Positions 1 through 11,016 of a DNA stretch of 64,000 bases are shown piece by piece. The position numbers and the translations under genes are program-made. The notes below the pieces were generated by a model, which saw only the letters and a list, made by a program, of their open reading frames with translations, did not search any database and was not told the DNA's origin. This DNA is from Escherichia coli phage KS_S14: the sequence record LC788706.1; one strand, given 5' to 3'. Every line of letters begins with the position of its first letter. Position 1 is the first letter of the stretch.

Positions 1-36
1 AGATACAAAATTAAGGTTAATCAAGGAACCTAATAA

Positions 37-522
37 ATGGATCACAGAACAAGTATAGCACAAGCTCTGGTTGATCGAATAGCCAAACAAATGGATGGCT
101 CTCAACCAGATGAATATTTTAATAACTTGTATGGAAACGTCTCACGTCAAACTTATAAGTTTGAGGAGATACGAGAGTTTCCTTATGTTGCAGTTCATAT
201 CGGAACTGAAACTGGGCAATATCTTCCCTCAGGTCAACAGTGGATGTTTTTAGAACTTCCTATCCTGGTGTATGATAAAGAGAAAACAGACATTCAAGAG
301 CAACTTGAAAAACTCGTAGCGGATATAAAAACCGTTATTGACACAGGTGGAAATTTAGAATATACTGTTAGTAAACCTAATGGATCGACCTTCCCATGTG
401 AGGCGACTGATATGAGCATTACATCAGTTAGTACAGATGAGGGTCTACTGGCCCCATATGGTTTAGCAGAAATAAATGTAACAGTGAGGTATCAGCCTCC
501 ACGTAGGTCACTTCGCAGATAA
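37..522 (+). CDS. tail completion / tail terminator-like protein (position of T5 p142-class gene)
   Basis: 161-aa ORF ending 27 nt upstream of the tail tube gene; assignment by synteny only, no motif recognised. Confidence 0.45.
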   Translation: MDHRTSIAQALVDRIAKQMDGSQPDEYFNNLYGNVSRQTYKFEEIREFPYVAVHIGTETGQYLPSGQQWMFLELPILVYDKEKTDIQEQLEKLVADIKTVIDTGGNLEYTVSKPNGSTFPCEATDMSITSVSTDEGLLAPYGLAEINVTVRYQPPRRSLRR

Positions 523-548
523 GTTACAGATTAGGAGAAAATAATTAA

Positions 549-1946
549 ATGTCTTTACAACTATTACGTAATACTCGAATCTTCGTGTCTACGGTTAAGA
601 CTGGTCACAACAAGACCAACACGCAAGAGATTCTAGTTCAGGATGATATTTCTTGGGGTCAGGACAGTAACTCAACAGATATTACTGTTAACGAAGCTGG
701 TCCGCGTCCTACTCGTGGTTCTAAACGATTTAACGATTCCTTAAACGCAGCTGAGTGGAGTTTTTCTACTTATATCCTGCCATATATCAATAAAGATGAT
801 CAGAAGCAAATCGTTCCTGACTATATGTTATGGCATGCACTTTCTAGTGGTAAAGCTATTAACTTAGGAGGTAATACAGGAGCACACAATAACGAAGCTA
901 ACTTCATGGTTAACTTCAAAGATAACTCCTATCATGAGTTAGCAATGTTACATATTTATATTCTGACTGATAAAGCATGGAGTTATATCGATTCCTGTCA
1001 GATTAACCAGGCAGAAGTTAACGTTGATATTGAGGATATTGGTCGTGTAACTTGGTCCGGTAATGGTAATCAGCTTATTCCTCTGGATGAGCAACCATTT
1101 GACCCAGATGAGTTAGGTATTGATGATGAAACTTATATGACTATCCAGGGTTCTTATATTAAGAACAAACTAACGATCTTGAAGATCAAGGATATGGATA
1201 CCAATAAGTCTTATGACATACCTATTACTGGTGGTACTTTCACTATTAATAACAACATCACGTACCTAACCCCGAATATTATGTCTCGTGTTAATATTCC
1301 GATCGGTTCATTTACTGGCGCATTTGAACTAACTGGTTCATTAACTGCTTATCTGAATGATAAATCTCTTGGTTCTATGGAGCTATACAAAGATCTTATC
1401 AAGACTCTGAAGGTAGTTAACCGCTTCGAAATTGCTCTAGTACTTGGTGGTGAATACGATGAAGAACGTCCTGCGGCTATTCTGGTAGCTAAACAAGCAC
1501 ACGTTAATATTCCTACTATTGAAACTGATGATGTACTTGGTACTTCAGTAGAGTTTAAAGCTATTCCATCTGATCTGGATGCTGGTGATGAAGGTTACTT
1601 AGGCTTCTCTAGTAAATATACCAAAACAACTATTAATAACTTGATTGTTAATGGTGATGGTGCTACTAATGCTGTAACCGCAATTACTGTTAAATCTGCT
1701 GGTGATGCTACTACAGTAAATAACTCGGCTACTCTTCAAATGAGTGTTGAAGTTACTCCTTCTTCCGCAAAGAATAAGGAAGTTACTTGGGCTATCACTG
1801 CCGGTGATGCAGCTACAATTGATCCAGAATCTGGCCTATTAACTGCGGACACCACTAAAACTGGTGAAGTAACTGTAGAAGCTACTGCTAAAGATGGTTC
1901 TGGAGTTAAAGGTACTAAACAGATTACTGTAACAGCAGGTGGCTAA
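549..1946 (+). CDS. major tail tube protein (T5 pb6-like) with C-terminal Ig-like (Big_2-type) domain
   Basis: 465 aa; C-terminal ~85 aa Thr/Val/Ala-rich beta-sandwich-like segment (TVKSAGDATTV...EVTVEATAKDGSGVKGTKQITV) typical of Ig-like decoration domains; RBS aggag upstream; position before chaperones and tape measure. Confidence 0.75.
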   Translation: MSLQLLRNTRIFVSTVKTGHNKTNTQEILVQDDISWGQDSNSTDITVNEAGPRPTRGSKRFNDSLNAAEWSFSTYILPYINKDDQKQIVPDYMLWHALSSGKAINLGGNTGAHNNEANFMVNFKDNSYHELAMLHIYILTDKAWSYIDSCQINQAEVNVDIEDIGRVTWSGNGNQLIPLDEQPFDPDELGIDDETYMTIQGSYIKNKLTILKIKDMDTNKSYDIPITGGTFTINNNITYLTPNIMSRVNIPIGSFTGAFELTGSLTAYLNDKSLGSMELYKDLIKTLKVVNRFEIALVLGGEYDEERPAAILVAKQAHVNIPTIETDDVLGTSVEFKAIPSDLDAGDEGYLGFSSKYTKTTINNLIVNGDGATNAVTAITVKSAGDATTVNNSATLQMSVEVTPSSAKNKEVTWAITAGDAATIDPESGLLTADTTKTGEVTVEATAKDGSGVKGTKQITVTAGG

Positions 1947-1950
1947 TTAA

Positions 1951-2850
1951 ATGTACTACTCTCTAATGAGAGAGTCAAAAGTTATAGTTGAGTATGATGG
2001 TAGGGCATTTCATTTTGATGCCCTATCAAACTATGATATACAGACTTCCTACGAGGAATTCAAGACTCTTCGTAGGACTGTTCATCGTAGAACTAACTAT
2101 GCAGACTCTATTATAAATGCTCAAACCCCTTCTTCTATCTCTCTAGCAGTAAATTTTAGTAATACTCTTACTGAAGCTAACTTCTTTGAATGGTTAGGTT
2201 TTGATAGAAAAGGTAATACTTTCTTACTCCCATTATATAGTAATAATATTGAACCTATTATGTTCAATATCTATATAGTAAACAAAGATAATAACTGTGT
2301 ATATTTTGAAAACTGTTATGTATCTACAGTAGATTTTTCTTTAGATAAGAATATACCAATTCTTAATATTGGTATTGAGTCTGGGAAATTCTCAGAAGTA
2401 TCTACCTATAGAGAAGCAGCTTCTATTATACAGGGTGAAGTAATGTCTTACAGCCCAGTAATAGCTTCTACTAATGGCAGCATCTTACCCGGTCTTATCT
2501 CTGCTTCCTTATCTTTCCAACAGCAGTGCTCCTGGAGAGAGGATAAGAGTGTTTTTGATATAAATAAAATTTATAATAATAAAAGAGCCTATGTAACTGA
2601 AATGAATGCTTCGGCAACCATTTCTCTATACTACTTAAAACGTTTTGCAGGAGATATGGTTTACAATATCGAACCGGAGACAGATGTACCTTTAAATATA
2701 AGAAATAATAATATTTCTATAGATTTTCCTTCAGCACGTATTACAAAACGCCTAGAGTTCTCAGATGTGTATAGAGTTGAGTGGGATGTTATACCTACTG
2801 CTTCTTCAGACCCAGTGAGAATAGATTTCTTTGGAGAAATTAAAAAATGA
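1951..2850 (+). CDS. hypothetical tail-region protein
   Basis: 299-aa ORF, AT-rich codon usage, start 5 nt after tail tube stop, stop overlaps next start (ATGA). Confidence 0.55.
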   Translation: MYYSLMRESKVIVEYDGRAFHFDALSNYDIQTSYEEFKTLRRTVHRRTNYADSIINAQTPSSISLAVNFSNTLTEANFFEWLGFDRKGNTFLLPLYSNNIEPIMFNIYIVNKDNNCVYFENCYVSTVDFSLDKNIPILNIGIESGKFSEVSTYREAASIIQGEVMSYSPVIASTNGSILPGLISASLSFQQQCSWREDKSVFDINKIYNNKRAYVTEMNASATISLYYLKRFAGDMVYNIEPETDVPLNIRNNNISIDFPSARITKRLEFSDVYRVEWDVIPTASSDPVRIDFFGEIKK

Positions 2851-3251
2851 TTAATTTAAAAGATATTACTCTTGATACTCGTACTATTACTCTTTCCTAC
2901 CCAGGTATGCCGAATTTTAAACTAGAACTTAACTATATGTCTCGTGCTACCTCTAAACGTGTTATTTCTTCTGCTAAACGTGATGAATGGGTTAATGGTA
3001 CGCTGATACAAGTACAGGATGATGATAAGTTTATTGAAGCCTTTGTTGATGCAGCTATTAAAGGCTGGACTGGCTTAACTGTTGGTGACGTTGAAAAACT
3101 GATGCTGATTGAAACTGATGCTGATCCTGAAACTGAAGTTCCTTTTAGCCGCGACAATGCTGTAATGCTTATGCAGAACTCTGCTGCGTTTGATTCTTGG
3201 ATCAACCAGACAGTGTTCCACTTAGACACTTTTCGTAGCCCAAAAGCGTAA
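2847..3251 (+). CDS. putative tail assembly chaperone
   Basis: 134-aa acidic ORF, first of two small ORFs immediately upstream of the tape measure gene (conserved G/GT-like arrangement). Confidence 0.5.
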   Translation: MINLKDITLDTRTITLSYPGMPNFKLELNYMSRATSKRVISSAKRDEWVNGTLIQVQDDDKFIEAFVDAAIKGWTGLTVGDVEKLMLIETDADPETEVPFSRDNAVMLMQNSAAFDSWINQTVFHLDTFRSPKA

Positions 3252-3312
3252 AGAACTCCTAGATGCTGTTGCTGATTTTGCAGATAAGTGTATTAAAAGC
3301 TCAGCATCTAAA

Positions 3313-3681
3313 ATGACTAAACAACAATATTTAATACTTTGTGAATCAATGGGTATAGAGCCTGATCCTAAGGCCATACCTGTTGAACTTGAAGACTTTC
3401 CACCTATTGTAGCTACTAGTATGAATATTTATAATAGTCTAATTGACTGTTTCATACCTGGTGACTTCCCTATCTTTATAGGTAAAGACAAAGCTGCTCT
3501 AGGTGTTTTATTTGATATTTATGGGATTACTGATCCTATAGAAAAAGAATTTGTTCTACACATTATCAATATATTTGATGCTAAAGCTGTAGATGCTGCA
3601 CGTAAACGTGCTGAGAAGCATAAACCGCAAAACGGAAGGATTCCTAACGTTAAGCCACATGCTAGATCTCGTGCACGGTAA
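3313..3681 (+). CDS. putative tail assembly chaperone extension ORF (possible frameshift fusion partner)
   Basis: 122-aa ORF in +1 frame relative to upstream ORF; its frame is open from 3226, overlapping the end of the upstream ORF; weak own RBS. Confidence 0.45.
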   Translation: MTKQQYLILCESMGIEPDPKAIPVELEDFPPIVATSMNIYNSLIDCFIPGDFPIFIGKDKAALGVLFDIYGITDPIEKEFVLHIINIFDAKAVDAARKRAEKHKPQNGRIPNVKPHARSRAR

Positions 3682-3765
3682 AAGTTTCCTCCAATGGGCG
3701 TTCCACGATGAGGCTTGGCTCTGGGTGATTTGCCCAGAGCCTTTTTTTATTGGGAAAAATAAAAC

Positions 3766-6700
3766 ATGACTGATAAGCTAATACGAGAATTACTAATAGA
3801 CGTTAAACAGAAGGGGGCAACTCGTACTGCAAAGTCTATTGAAAACGTATCTGATGCGTTGGAAAATGCTGCTGCTGCTTCCGAACTGACAAATGAGCAG
3901 TTAGGTAAAATGCCCAAAACTCTTTATTCCATTGAGAGGGCAGCAGACAGAGCAGCAAAAAGTCTTACTAAAATGCAAGCTAGTAGGGGTATGGCTGGTA
4001 TCACCAAATCTATTAATGATATTGGTGATAAACTAGATTACCTAGCTATCCAACTTATTGAAGTAACAGATAAACTAGAAATTGGATTCGATGGAGTTTC
4101 TAGATCTGTTAAAACAATGGGCAATGATGTTGCAGCTGCAACAGAGAAAGTTCAAGATAGGTTATACGATACTAATAGAGTTTTAGGCGGTACAACCAGA
4201 GGTTTTAATGATACTGCTGGTGCCGCTGGTAGAGCGTCTAGAGCCATTGGTAATACTTCTGGTTCAGCACGTGGTGCAACTCGTGATTTTGCAGCAATGG
4301 CTAAGATAGGTGGTAGTTTACCTATTATGTACGCAGCTCTTGCTTCCAACATCTTCGTTTTGCAATCAGCATTTGAACAACTTAAACTAGGTGATCAGCT
4401 AAATCGTTTAGAAAAATTTGGTGTTATAGTAGGTACTCAGACAGGTACTCCTGTTCAGACCCTTGCTAGATCACTACAAGAAGCTGCTGGATATGCTATT
4501 TCTTTTGAGGAAGCAATGAGACAGGCATCTTCAGCATCAGCTTATGGGTTTGATGCCGAACAACTTAATAAATTTGGTTTAGTAGCTCGTCGTGCGGCTG
4601 CTGTTCTTGGCGTTGATATGACTGATGCACTTAACCGTGTAATTAAGGGCGTATCTAAACAAGAAATCGAACTTCTGGATGAACTTGGTGTCACCATTCG
4701 TCTTAATGACGCATACGCTGATTATGTTAAACAGTTAAATGCTGCAAACACAGGTATAACATATAATGTTAATAGTCTTACCACTTTCCAGAAGCAACAA
4801 GCATACGCTAATGCGGTAATTGCTGAATCTACTAAGCGTTTTGGCTACCTAGATGAAGTACTACGTGCAACTCCATGGGAGCAATTTGCTGCTAATGCAG
4901 ATGCTGCACTAAGAAAAATACAACAAGCTGCTGCTAAGTATTTAGGGCCAGTAATTGATGCTATCAACACAGTATTTTATACATCTCAGGCTTCTATATC
5001 TGCTGAGGCAGCTAGGGCCCAAGAAAAAACTAATAGACAGATAGACCCTACCAACGTTGGTGCTGTTGCTTTAAGTTTAGCTGCATCTGAAGAAGGCTAT
5101 AATAAAGCTCTAGATATGTATAAGGAATCTCTTGATAAGCGTAATAAGCTAAAATCTGAGTTCGATAAACGAATGGAACAAGCAGATTTCTATACAAAAC
5201 TAGCTATACGTCAAGTTGGTGAAGGTATTCCTATTGGTCTTGCAGCAGCAGGTGCCTCGGAGGCCAATAAGCAATTTGTAGCAGAAACTGCAGCTATGGG
5301 TCTACAAGTAACTAGACTTGGTAAGGAAGTAGAGGATTCTACAGAGAACCTCAATGCTTGGAAATCAGCGTATCAAGCTGCCGGGGCTGCTGCTGCAAAG
5401 GCTAGTCCAGAGTTTCAGAAGCAAATTAATCTACAGAGAGATACTACTGATCCTGGTGCTGTATATGATTTTAACTCTACTGTATTAAAAGGACTAACTG
5501 AGCAGCAGAAAGCATACAATCAGACTAAGAAAACTGCTAGTGACTTAGCTAATGATATACAGAACGTTGCTCAGAATACAGATACTGCTGCTAAAACTAG
5601 TGCTACTTTAGCAGATGCTATAAAAAACATAGAATCTCTATCTCTAGGTACTGGTAAGAGTGCTGATGAATACGTTAAAAATCTTAACCTAGGCTATAAT
5701 ACTCTGTCTGAAATGAAAACTGCGTCTCAGGCCTTATCTGAGTACGTTAAACTAACTGGTAATGAGACTAAGAACCAGTTAGCAGTTCAACAGAAGATAG
5801 CTGACGTATACAACCAAACTAAAGATAAAGAAAAAGCACAGGAAGCTGGTAGGCGTTTAGAACTCCAACAGTTAGAAGAGCAAGAAGCTGCTTTACGCCG
5901 TGTACTTCAAACTAATCAGGGAAATAAAGCTGTTGAGAAAGAAATTGAAAAAATTCAGCTGGAGAAACTTAAACTTACTAATCAGGGTATGGAGGCTCAG
6001 AAGAAGGTTAAGGATTATACAGATAAAATCCTGGGTGTAGATCGTGAGATAGCTCTCTTAAATAACCGTACTATGACAGATACTCAGTATCGTCTAGCAC
6101 AGTTAAATCTTGAATTGACCATTGAAAAGGAAAAGTACGAATGGTATACAAAACAAGCTGATAAACAGAAAGAGGCTGAACAGTCTAGACGTGCTCAAGC
6201 CCAAATTGAACGTGAAATCTGGAAATTCCGCCAAGATCAGATTGCTTCAATGGCTGCTGGTAGAGAGGAAGAACAGCAAAGACAATTTACTGCTAAACCA
6301 CTAATGGGAAATGCGGAGCGCTTACAGGAACAGCTAAAATTATATGAAGACTTAAAGCAGAAAACATTAGGTAATGCTGCGGCACAAGCGGAGTATAATA
6401 AAAAGATAGCTGAAACTAGGGCACAACTAGCAGGTTTAAGGGCACAGAGAAATGCGGAGATGCAAGCTTCTGTTGGATCTTCTTTAGGTGCTGTGTATAC
6501 TCCTACAACTGGACTATCTGGAGAAGATAAAGATTTTGCTGATATGGGAAATAGAATGGCTTCTTATGATCAGGCAATTTCTAAACTATCTGAGTTAAAT
6601 TCCGAAGCAACTGCTGTAGCTCAAAGCATGGGTAATTTAACCAATGCTATGATTCAGTTCTCTATGGGGTCTTTAGACACTACTTCCACGATCGCAGCAG

Positions 6701-7446
6701 GTATGCAGACTGTAGCCTCTATGATTCAATATAGTACTAGTCAACAGGTTAGTGCGATTGATCAGGCTATTGCAGCAGAGCAGAAACGAGATGGTAAATC
6801 AGAAGCATCTAAAGCTAAGTTGAAGAAGTTGGAAGCTGAAAAGCTGAAGATTCAACAAGACGCAGCTAAGAAGCAGATTATCATCCAAACTGCAGTAGCT
6901 GTAATGCAGGCAGCCACCGCTGTTCCATATCCGTTCTCTATTCCACTAATGGTTGCGGCAGGTTTGGCGGGTGCCTTAGCTCTTGCTCAAGCATCTTCTG
7001 CTTCTAGTATGTCAAGTATTGCTGATTCGGGAGCTGATACAACTAGTTACTTAACCTTAGGAGAGCGTCAGAAGAATATAGATGTGTCTATGTCTGCTAA
7101 TGCAGGTGAACTATCTTATATTCGTGGAGATAAAGGCATAGGCGGTGCTAACTCTTTCGTTCCTCGCGCTGAGGGTGGTAATATGTACCCTGGGGTTAGC
7201 TATCAAATGGGTGAGCATGGTACAGAAGTAGTTACCCCTATGGTTCCTATGAAAGCTACACCTAATGATGAGCTAAAAACCTCATCTAACTCAACTTCAG
7301 GAAGACCTATCATCTTGAATATTAGTGCTATGGATGCTGCAAGTTTCAGAGAGTTTGCTTCTAGTAATAGTAGTGCTCTAAGAGACGCAGTAGAATTAGC
7401 TCTGAATGAGAACGGTGCTAGTTTGAAAACATTAGGAAATTCTTAA
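3766..7446 (+). CDS. tail tape measure protein (T5 pb2-like)
   Basis: 1226 aa, long Ala/Gln/Lys-rich coiled-coil, hydrophobic segment near C-terminus (VPYPFSIPLMVAAGLAGALALAQA); size and position as tape measure. Confidence 0.85.
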   Translation: MTDKLIRELLIDVKQKGATRTAKSIENVSDALENAAAASELTNEQLGKMPKTLYSIERAADRAAKSLTKMQASRGMAGITKSINDIGDKLDYLAIQLIEVTDKLEIGFDGVSRSVKTMGNDVAAATEKVQDRLYDTNRVLGGTTRGFNDTAGAAGRASRAIGNTSGSARGATRDFAAMAKIGGSLPIMYAALASNIFVLQSAFEQLKLGDQLNRLEKFGVIVGTQTGTPVQTLARSLQEAAGYAISFEEAMRQASSASAYGFDAEQLNKFGLVARRAAAVLGVDMTDALNRVIKGVSKQEIELLDELGVTIRLNDAYADYVKQLNAANTGITYNVNSLTTFQKQQAYANAVIAESTKRFGYLDEVLRATPWEQFAANADAALRKIQQAAAKYLGPVIDAINTVFYTSQASISAEAARAQEKTNRQIDPTNVGAVALSLAASEEGYNKALDMYKESLDKRNKLKSEFDKRMEQADFYTKLAIRQVGEGIPIGLAAAGASEANKQFVAETAAMGLQVTRLGKEVEDSTENLNAWKSAYQAAGAAAAKASPEFQKQINLQRDTTDPGAVYDFNSTVLKGLTEQQKAYNQTKKTASDLANDIQNVAQNTDTAAKTSATLADAIKNIESLSLGTGKSADEYVKNLNLGYNTLSEMKTASQALSEYVKLTGNETKNQLAVQQKIADVYNQTKDKEKAQEAGRRLELQQLEEQEAALRRVLQTNQGNKAVEKEIEKIQLEKLKLTNQGMEAQKKVKDYTDKILGVDREIALLNNRTMTDTQYRLAQLNLELTIEKEKYEWYTKQADKQKEAEQSRRAQAQIEREIWKFRQDQIASMAAGREEEQQRQFTAKPLMGNAERLQEQLKLYEDLKQKTLGNAAAQAEYNKKIAETRAQLAGLRAQRNAEMQASVGSSLGAVYTPTTGLSGEDKDFADMGNRMASYDQAISKLSELNSEATAVAQSMGNLTNAMIQFSMGSLDTTSTIAAGMQTVASMIQYSTSQQVSAIDQAIAAEQKRDGKSEASKAKLKKLEAEKLKIQQDAAKKQIIIQTAVAVMQAATAVPYPFSIPLMVAAGLAGALALAQASSASSMSSIADSGADTTSYLTLGERQKNIDVSMSANAGELSYIRGDKGIGGANSFVPRAEGGNMYPGVSYQMGEHGTEVVTPMVPMKATPNDELKTSSNSTSGRPIILNISAMDAASFREFASSNSSALRDAVELALNENGASLKTLGNS

Positions 7447-7450
7447 AACT

Positions 7451-7480
7451 GGAGGAGGACTTTGAGTCCTCCTTTTCTTT
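7451..7480 (+). terminator. rho-independent terminator after tape measure gene
   Basis: GGAGGAC-TTTGA-GTCCTCC followed by TTTTCTTT. Confidence 0.7.
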
Positions 7481-7555
7481 ATGGAAAAATAAAAATTTCT
7501 TGATAAAATTTTCTAATACTATTATAATATTGTTATTAAAGAGGAGAAATTAACT

Positions 7556-8170
7556 ATGAGATTACCAGACCCATACACGAATCCAGAACTTTCAGGCTTA
7601 GGATTCGAAAGTGTTAACCTGATTGATAATGACCCAGTAATTCGTGATGAGTTACCAAATGGTAAAGTTAACGAAGTTAAGGTATCTGCTCAATACTGGG
7701 GTATAAATATTTCTTATCCAGAATTATTTCCAGATGAATATAGTGTTCTAGATGCATTTATTCTAGAATACAAAAGGACTGGTGGTTATATAGATGTTAT
7801 ATTACCACAATACGAAGCTTTTAGAGTTAGAGGTAATACTAGCCTAGTAAATATACCTGCTGGACAGAAGGGTTCTAATATAACTATGGATACAAAAGGA
7901 CTTCTCACAGGTATTCCAAAACCAGGGGATCTATTTAAGCTATCTAACCATCCAAAAGTATATAAAATAACATCATTCAATAAATCAGGCAATACGTGGT
8001 CTATAAACTTATACCCTGATTTATTTATAACTACTACTGGGGCTGAGAAACCAGTGTTTAACGGAATACTATTTAGAACAAAACTCATGAATGGTGATGC
8101 TTTCGGATCTACATTAAATAATAACGGAACATATTCCGGCATCTCATTAAATTTACGGGAAAGTTTATGA
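7556..8170 (+). CDS. distal tail protein (T5 pb9-like Dit)
   Basis: 204-aa ORF directly after tape measure; RBS gaggag; size and synteny. Confidence 0.55.
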   Translation: MRLPDPYTNPELSGLGFESVNLIDNDPVIRDELPNGKVNEVKVSAQYWGINISYPELFPDEYSVLDAFILEYKRTGGYIDVILPQYEAFRVRGNTSLVNIPAGQKGSNITMDTKGLLTGIPKPGDLFKLSNHPKVYKITSFNKSGNTWSINLYPDLFITTTGAEKPVFNGILFRTKLMNGDAFGSTLNNNGTYSGISLNLRESL

Positions 8171-11016
8171 AGAAAATACTAGATAGTGCTAGAAACTACT
8201 TAAAAAATAATAGCAGAATAAAAACTGCTAGTCTAATTTCCCTAGAATTACCTGGCTCTACTGGTACTAGTACTGCTTTTATTTATTTAACTGATTATTT
8301 TAGAGATGTACTATATAATGGTATTTTGTACCAGGCCGGTAAGGTTAAGTCCATTAGCACACATAAACAAAATAGAGATTTATCTATTGGCAGTCTATCT
8401 TTTACTATTACGGGTACAGCGCAGGATGAAGTACTGAAATTAGTGCAGAATGGTGTGTCCTTTTTAGATAGAATAGTAACAATCCACCAAGCAATTATTA
8501 CAGAGGATGGTTCTATTTTACCTGTAGACCCAGACACAAATGGCCCTTTATTATACTTTAGAGGGAGAATTACCGGTGGGGGTATTAAGGACAACATTAG
8601 TACTTCTGGGGTTGGAACCTCCACAATTACTTGGAATTGTTCTAACCAATTCTATGACTTTGATAGGGTTAACGGTAGATTTACTGATGATGCTTCTCAT
8701 AGAGGGCTTGAGGTTGTAGCAGGGCAATTAGTTCCATCTAACGGGGCTAAAAGACTTGAGTACCAAGAAGATTATGGGTTCTTTCATGCTAATAAAAGTA
8801 TCTCTATTTTAGCAAAATATCAGGTACAGGAAGAGAGATACAAGCTAAAGTCTAAGAAAAAGCTATTTGGCCTATCTAGAAGCTATAGTCTTAAAAAGTA
8901 TTATGAGACTGTTACTAAAGAAGTAGATATAGATTTTAACCTTGCTGCTAAGTATATACCAGTAGTTTATGGTGTACAGAAAATACCAGGAATACCTATT
9001 TTTGCGGATACGGAACTACACAATCCTAATATAGTTTATGTAGTATACGCCTTTGCTGAAGGGGAGATAGACGGTTTTCTTGACTTTTCCTTCGGGGATA
9101 ACCCTATGATTTGTATGGACTCTAATGATAGCTCTGCTAGAACCTGTTTCGGTGTTAAAAAAGTAGCAGGAGACACCATGCAAAGAATAGCATCAGGAAT
9201 ATCTTCTAGTAGTCCTTCTGTGCATGGTCAGGAATATAAGTATAATGATGGTAATGGTGATATAAGGATTTGGACTTATCATGGAAAAGCTGATCAAACG
9301 GCTTCTGAAGTATTAGTAGACATAGCGAAAGAACGTGGGTTCTACCTTCAGAATATGAATGGCAATGGACCGGAGTACTGGGATGCTAGGTATAAACTAC
9401 TAGATACTGCATACGCAGTGGTGCGCTTCACTATTAATGAAAATAGGACTGAGATTCCTGAAGTTAGTGCTGAAATTCAAGGTAAAAAAGTAAAAGTCTA
9501 TCATTCTGATGGTAGAGTAACTGCTAATAGTACTAGTTTAAATGGTATTTGGCAAACACTTGACTACTTAACCTCCGATAGATACGGTGCTAATATTACC
9601 ATTGATCAGTTCCCTCTTCAGCAATTAATACAGGAAGCAGCTATTTTAGATATTATAGATGAATCCTATCAGGTATCTTGGCAGCCATATTGGAGATACG
9701 TTGGGTGGACTGATCCACTAGCAGAAAATAGACAAATAGTACAAATGAATACTATTCTGGATACATCTGAATCAGTATTTAAAAATGTGCAAGGTTTATT
9801 AGAGTCCTACGGTGGGGCTATTAACAACTTATCTGGCCAGTACAGGATTACTGTAGAAAAATACTCTAATACTCCATTAGAGATTAATTTTCTAGATACT
9901 TACGGTGATTTGGAGCTATCAGATACTACTGGTAGAAATAAATTCAACTCAGTTCAAGCATCTATCGTAGATCCAGCCCTTAGCTGGAAAACTAATTCCA
10001 TTACATTCTATAACTCCAAGTATAAGGAACAGGACAAGAACCTAGACAAAAAATTACAATTATCTTTTGCAAATATAACTAACTACTATACTGCTAGAAG
10101 TTTTGCAGACAGAGAACTTAAGAAATCTAGGTATTCTAGAACCCTCTCATTTTCTTTACCATATCAATTCATTGGTATTGAGCCTAATGATGCTATTGCA
10201 TTTACATACGACCGTTACGGATGGGATAAGAAGTACTTTTTAGTAGATGAAGTCGAAAACTCTAGGGAAGGAAAGATAAATGTTACTCTACAGGAGTATG
10301 GAAAAGATGTATTCATCAACTCTGATCAAGTAGATAATAGTGGTAATGATATACCAGATATTAGTAACAACGTTCTTCCTCCTAGAGATTTTAAGTATAC
10401 TCCTACACCCGGTGGCTTAGTTGGTTCTATAGGTAAAAATGGTGAGTTATCCTGGCTTCCGAGTCTAACCAATAATGTAGTTTATTACTCTATTGTGCAC
10501 TCAGGCCATGCCGAACCTTACATAGTACAACAGTTAGAGACCAATCCTAACGAACGTATGATCCAAGAAATAATTGGGGAACCAGCAGGTCTGGCTATAT
10601 TTGAGATAAGAGCAGTAGATATTAATGGTAGAAGAAGTTCCCCGGTGACTCTGTCTATAGAACTTAACTCTGCTAAAAACCTTAGTGTAGTATCTAATTT
10701 TAGGGTAACTAATACTGCTTCTGGAGATGTAACTGAGTTTGTTGGCCCAGATGTAAAACTAGCTTGGGATAGAATACCTGAAGAAGATATAATAGAGAGT
10801 ATATTTTATACACTTGAAATACACGATTCGCAAAATAGGATGTTAAGAAGTGTACGTATTGAAAATCAGTATACTTATGACTATTTATTAACATATAATA
10901 AGGCAGACTTTGCTCTCCAGAACAGCGGTGCTCTAGGTATAAATAGAAAATTGTATTTTCGTATTAGGGCTGAAGGGGATGATGGAGAACAGTCTGTGGA
11001 GTGGGCATCCATTTAA
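8167..11016 (+). CDS. baseplate hub protein (T5 pb3-like)
   Basis: 949-aa ORF following Dit homologue, start overlaps upstream stop; size and synteny. Confidence 0.6.
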   Translation: MKKILDSARNYLKNNSRIKTASLISLELPGSTGTSTAFIYLTDYFRDVLYNGILYQAGKVKSISTHKQNRDLSIGSLSFTITGTAQDEVLKLVQNGVSFLDRIVTIHQAIITEDGSILPVDPDTNGPLLYFRGRITGGGIKDNISTSGVGTSTITWNCSNQFYDFDRVNGRFTDDASHRGLEVVAGQLVPSNGAKRLEYQEDYGFFHANKSISILAKYQVQEERYKLKSKKKLFGLSRSYSLKKYYETVTKEVDIDFNLAAKYIPVVYGVQKIPGIPIFADTELHNPNIVYVVYAFAEGEIDGFLDFSFGDNPMICMDSNDSSARTCFGVKKVAGDTMQRIASGISSSSPSVHGQEYKYNDGNGDIRIWTYHGKADQTASEVLVDIAKERGFYLQNMNGNGPEYWDARYKLLDTAYAVVRFTINENRTEIPEVSAEIQGKKVKVYHSDGRVTANSTSLNGIWQTLDYLTSDRYGANITIDQFPLQQLIQEAAILDIIDESYQVSWQPYWRYVGWTDPLAENRQIVQMNTILDTSESVFKNVQGLLESYGGAINNLSGQYRITVEKYSNTPLEINFLDTYGDLELSDTTGRNKFNSVQASIVDPALSWKTNSITFYNSKYKEQDKNLDKKLQLSFANITNYYTARSFADRELKKSRYSRTLSFSLPYQFIGIEPNDAIAFTYDRYGWDKKYFLVDEVENSREGKINVTLQEYGKDVFINSDQVDNSGNDIPDISNNVLPPRDFKYTPTPGGLVGSIGKNGELSWLPSLTNNVVYYSIVHSGHAEPYIVQQLETNPNERMIQEIIGEPAGLAIFEIRAVDINGRRSSPVTLSIELNSAKNLSVVSNFRVTNTASGDVTEFVGPDVKLAWDRIPEEDIIESIFYTLEIHDSQNRMLRSVRIENQYTYDYLLTYNKADFALQNSGALGINRKLYFRIRAEGDDGEQSVEWASI

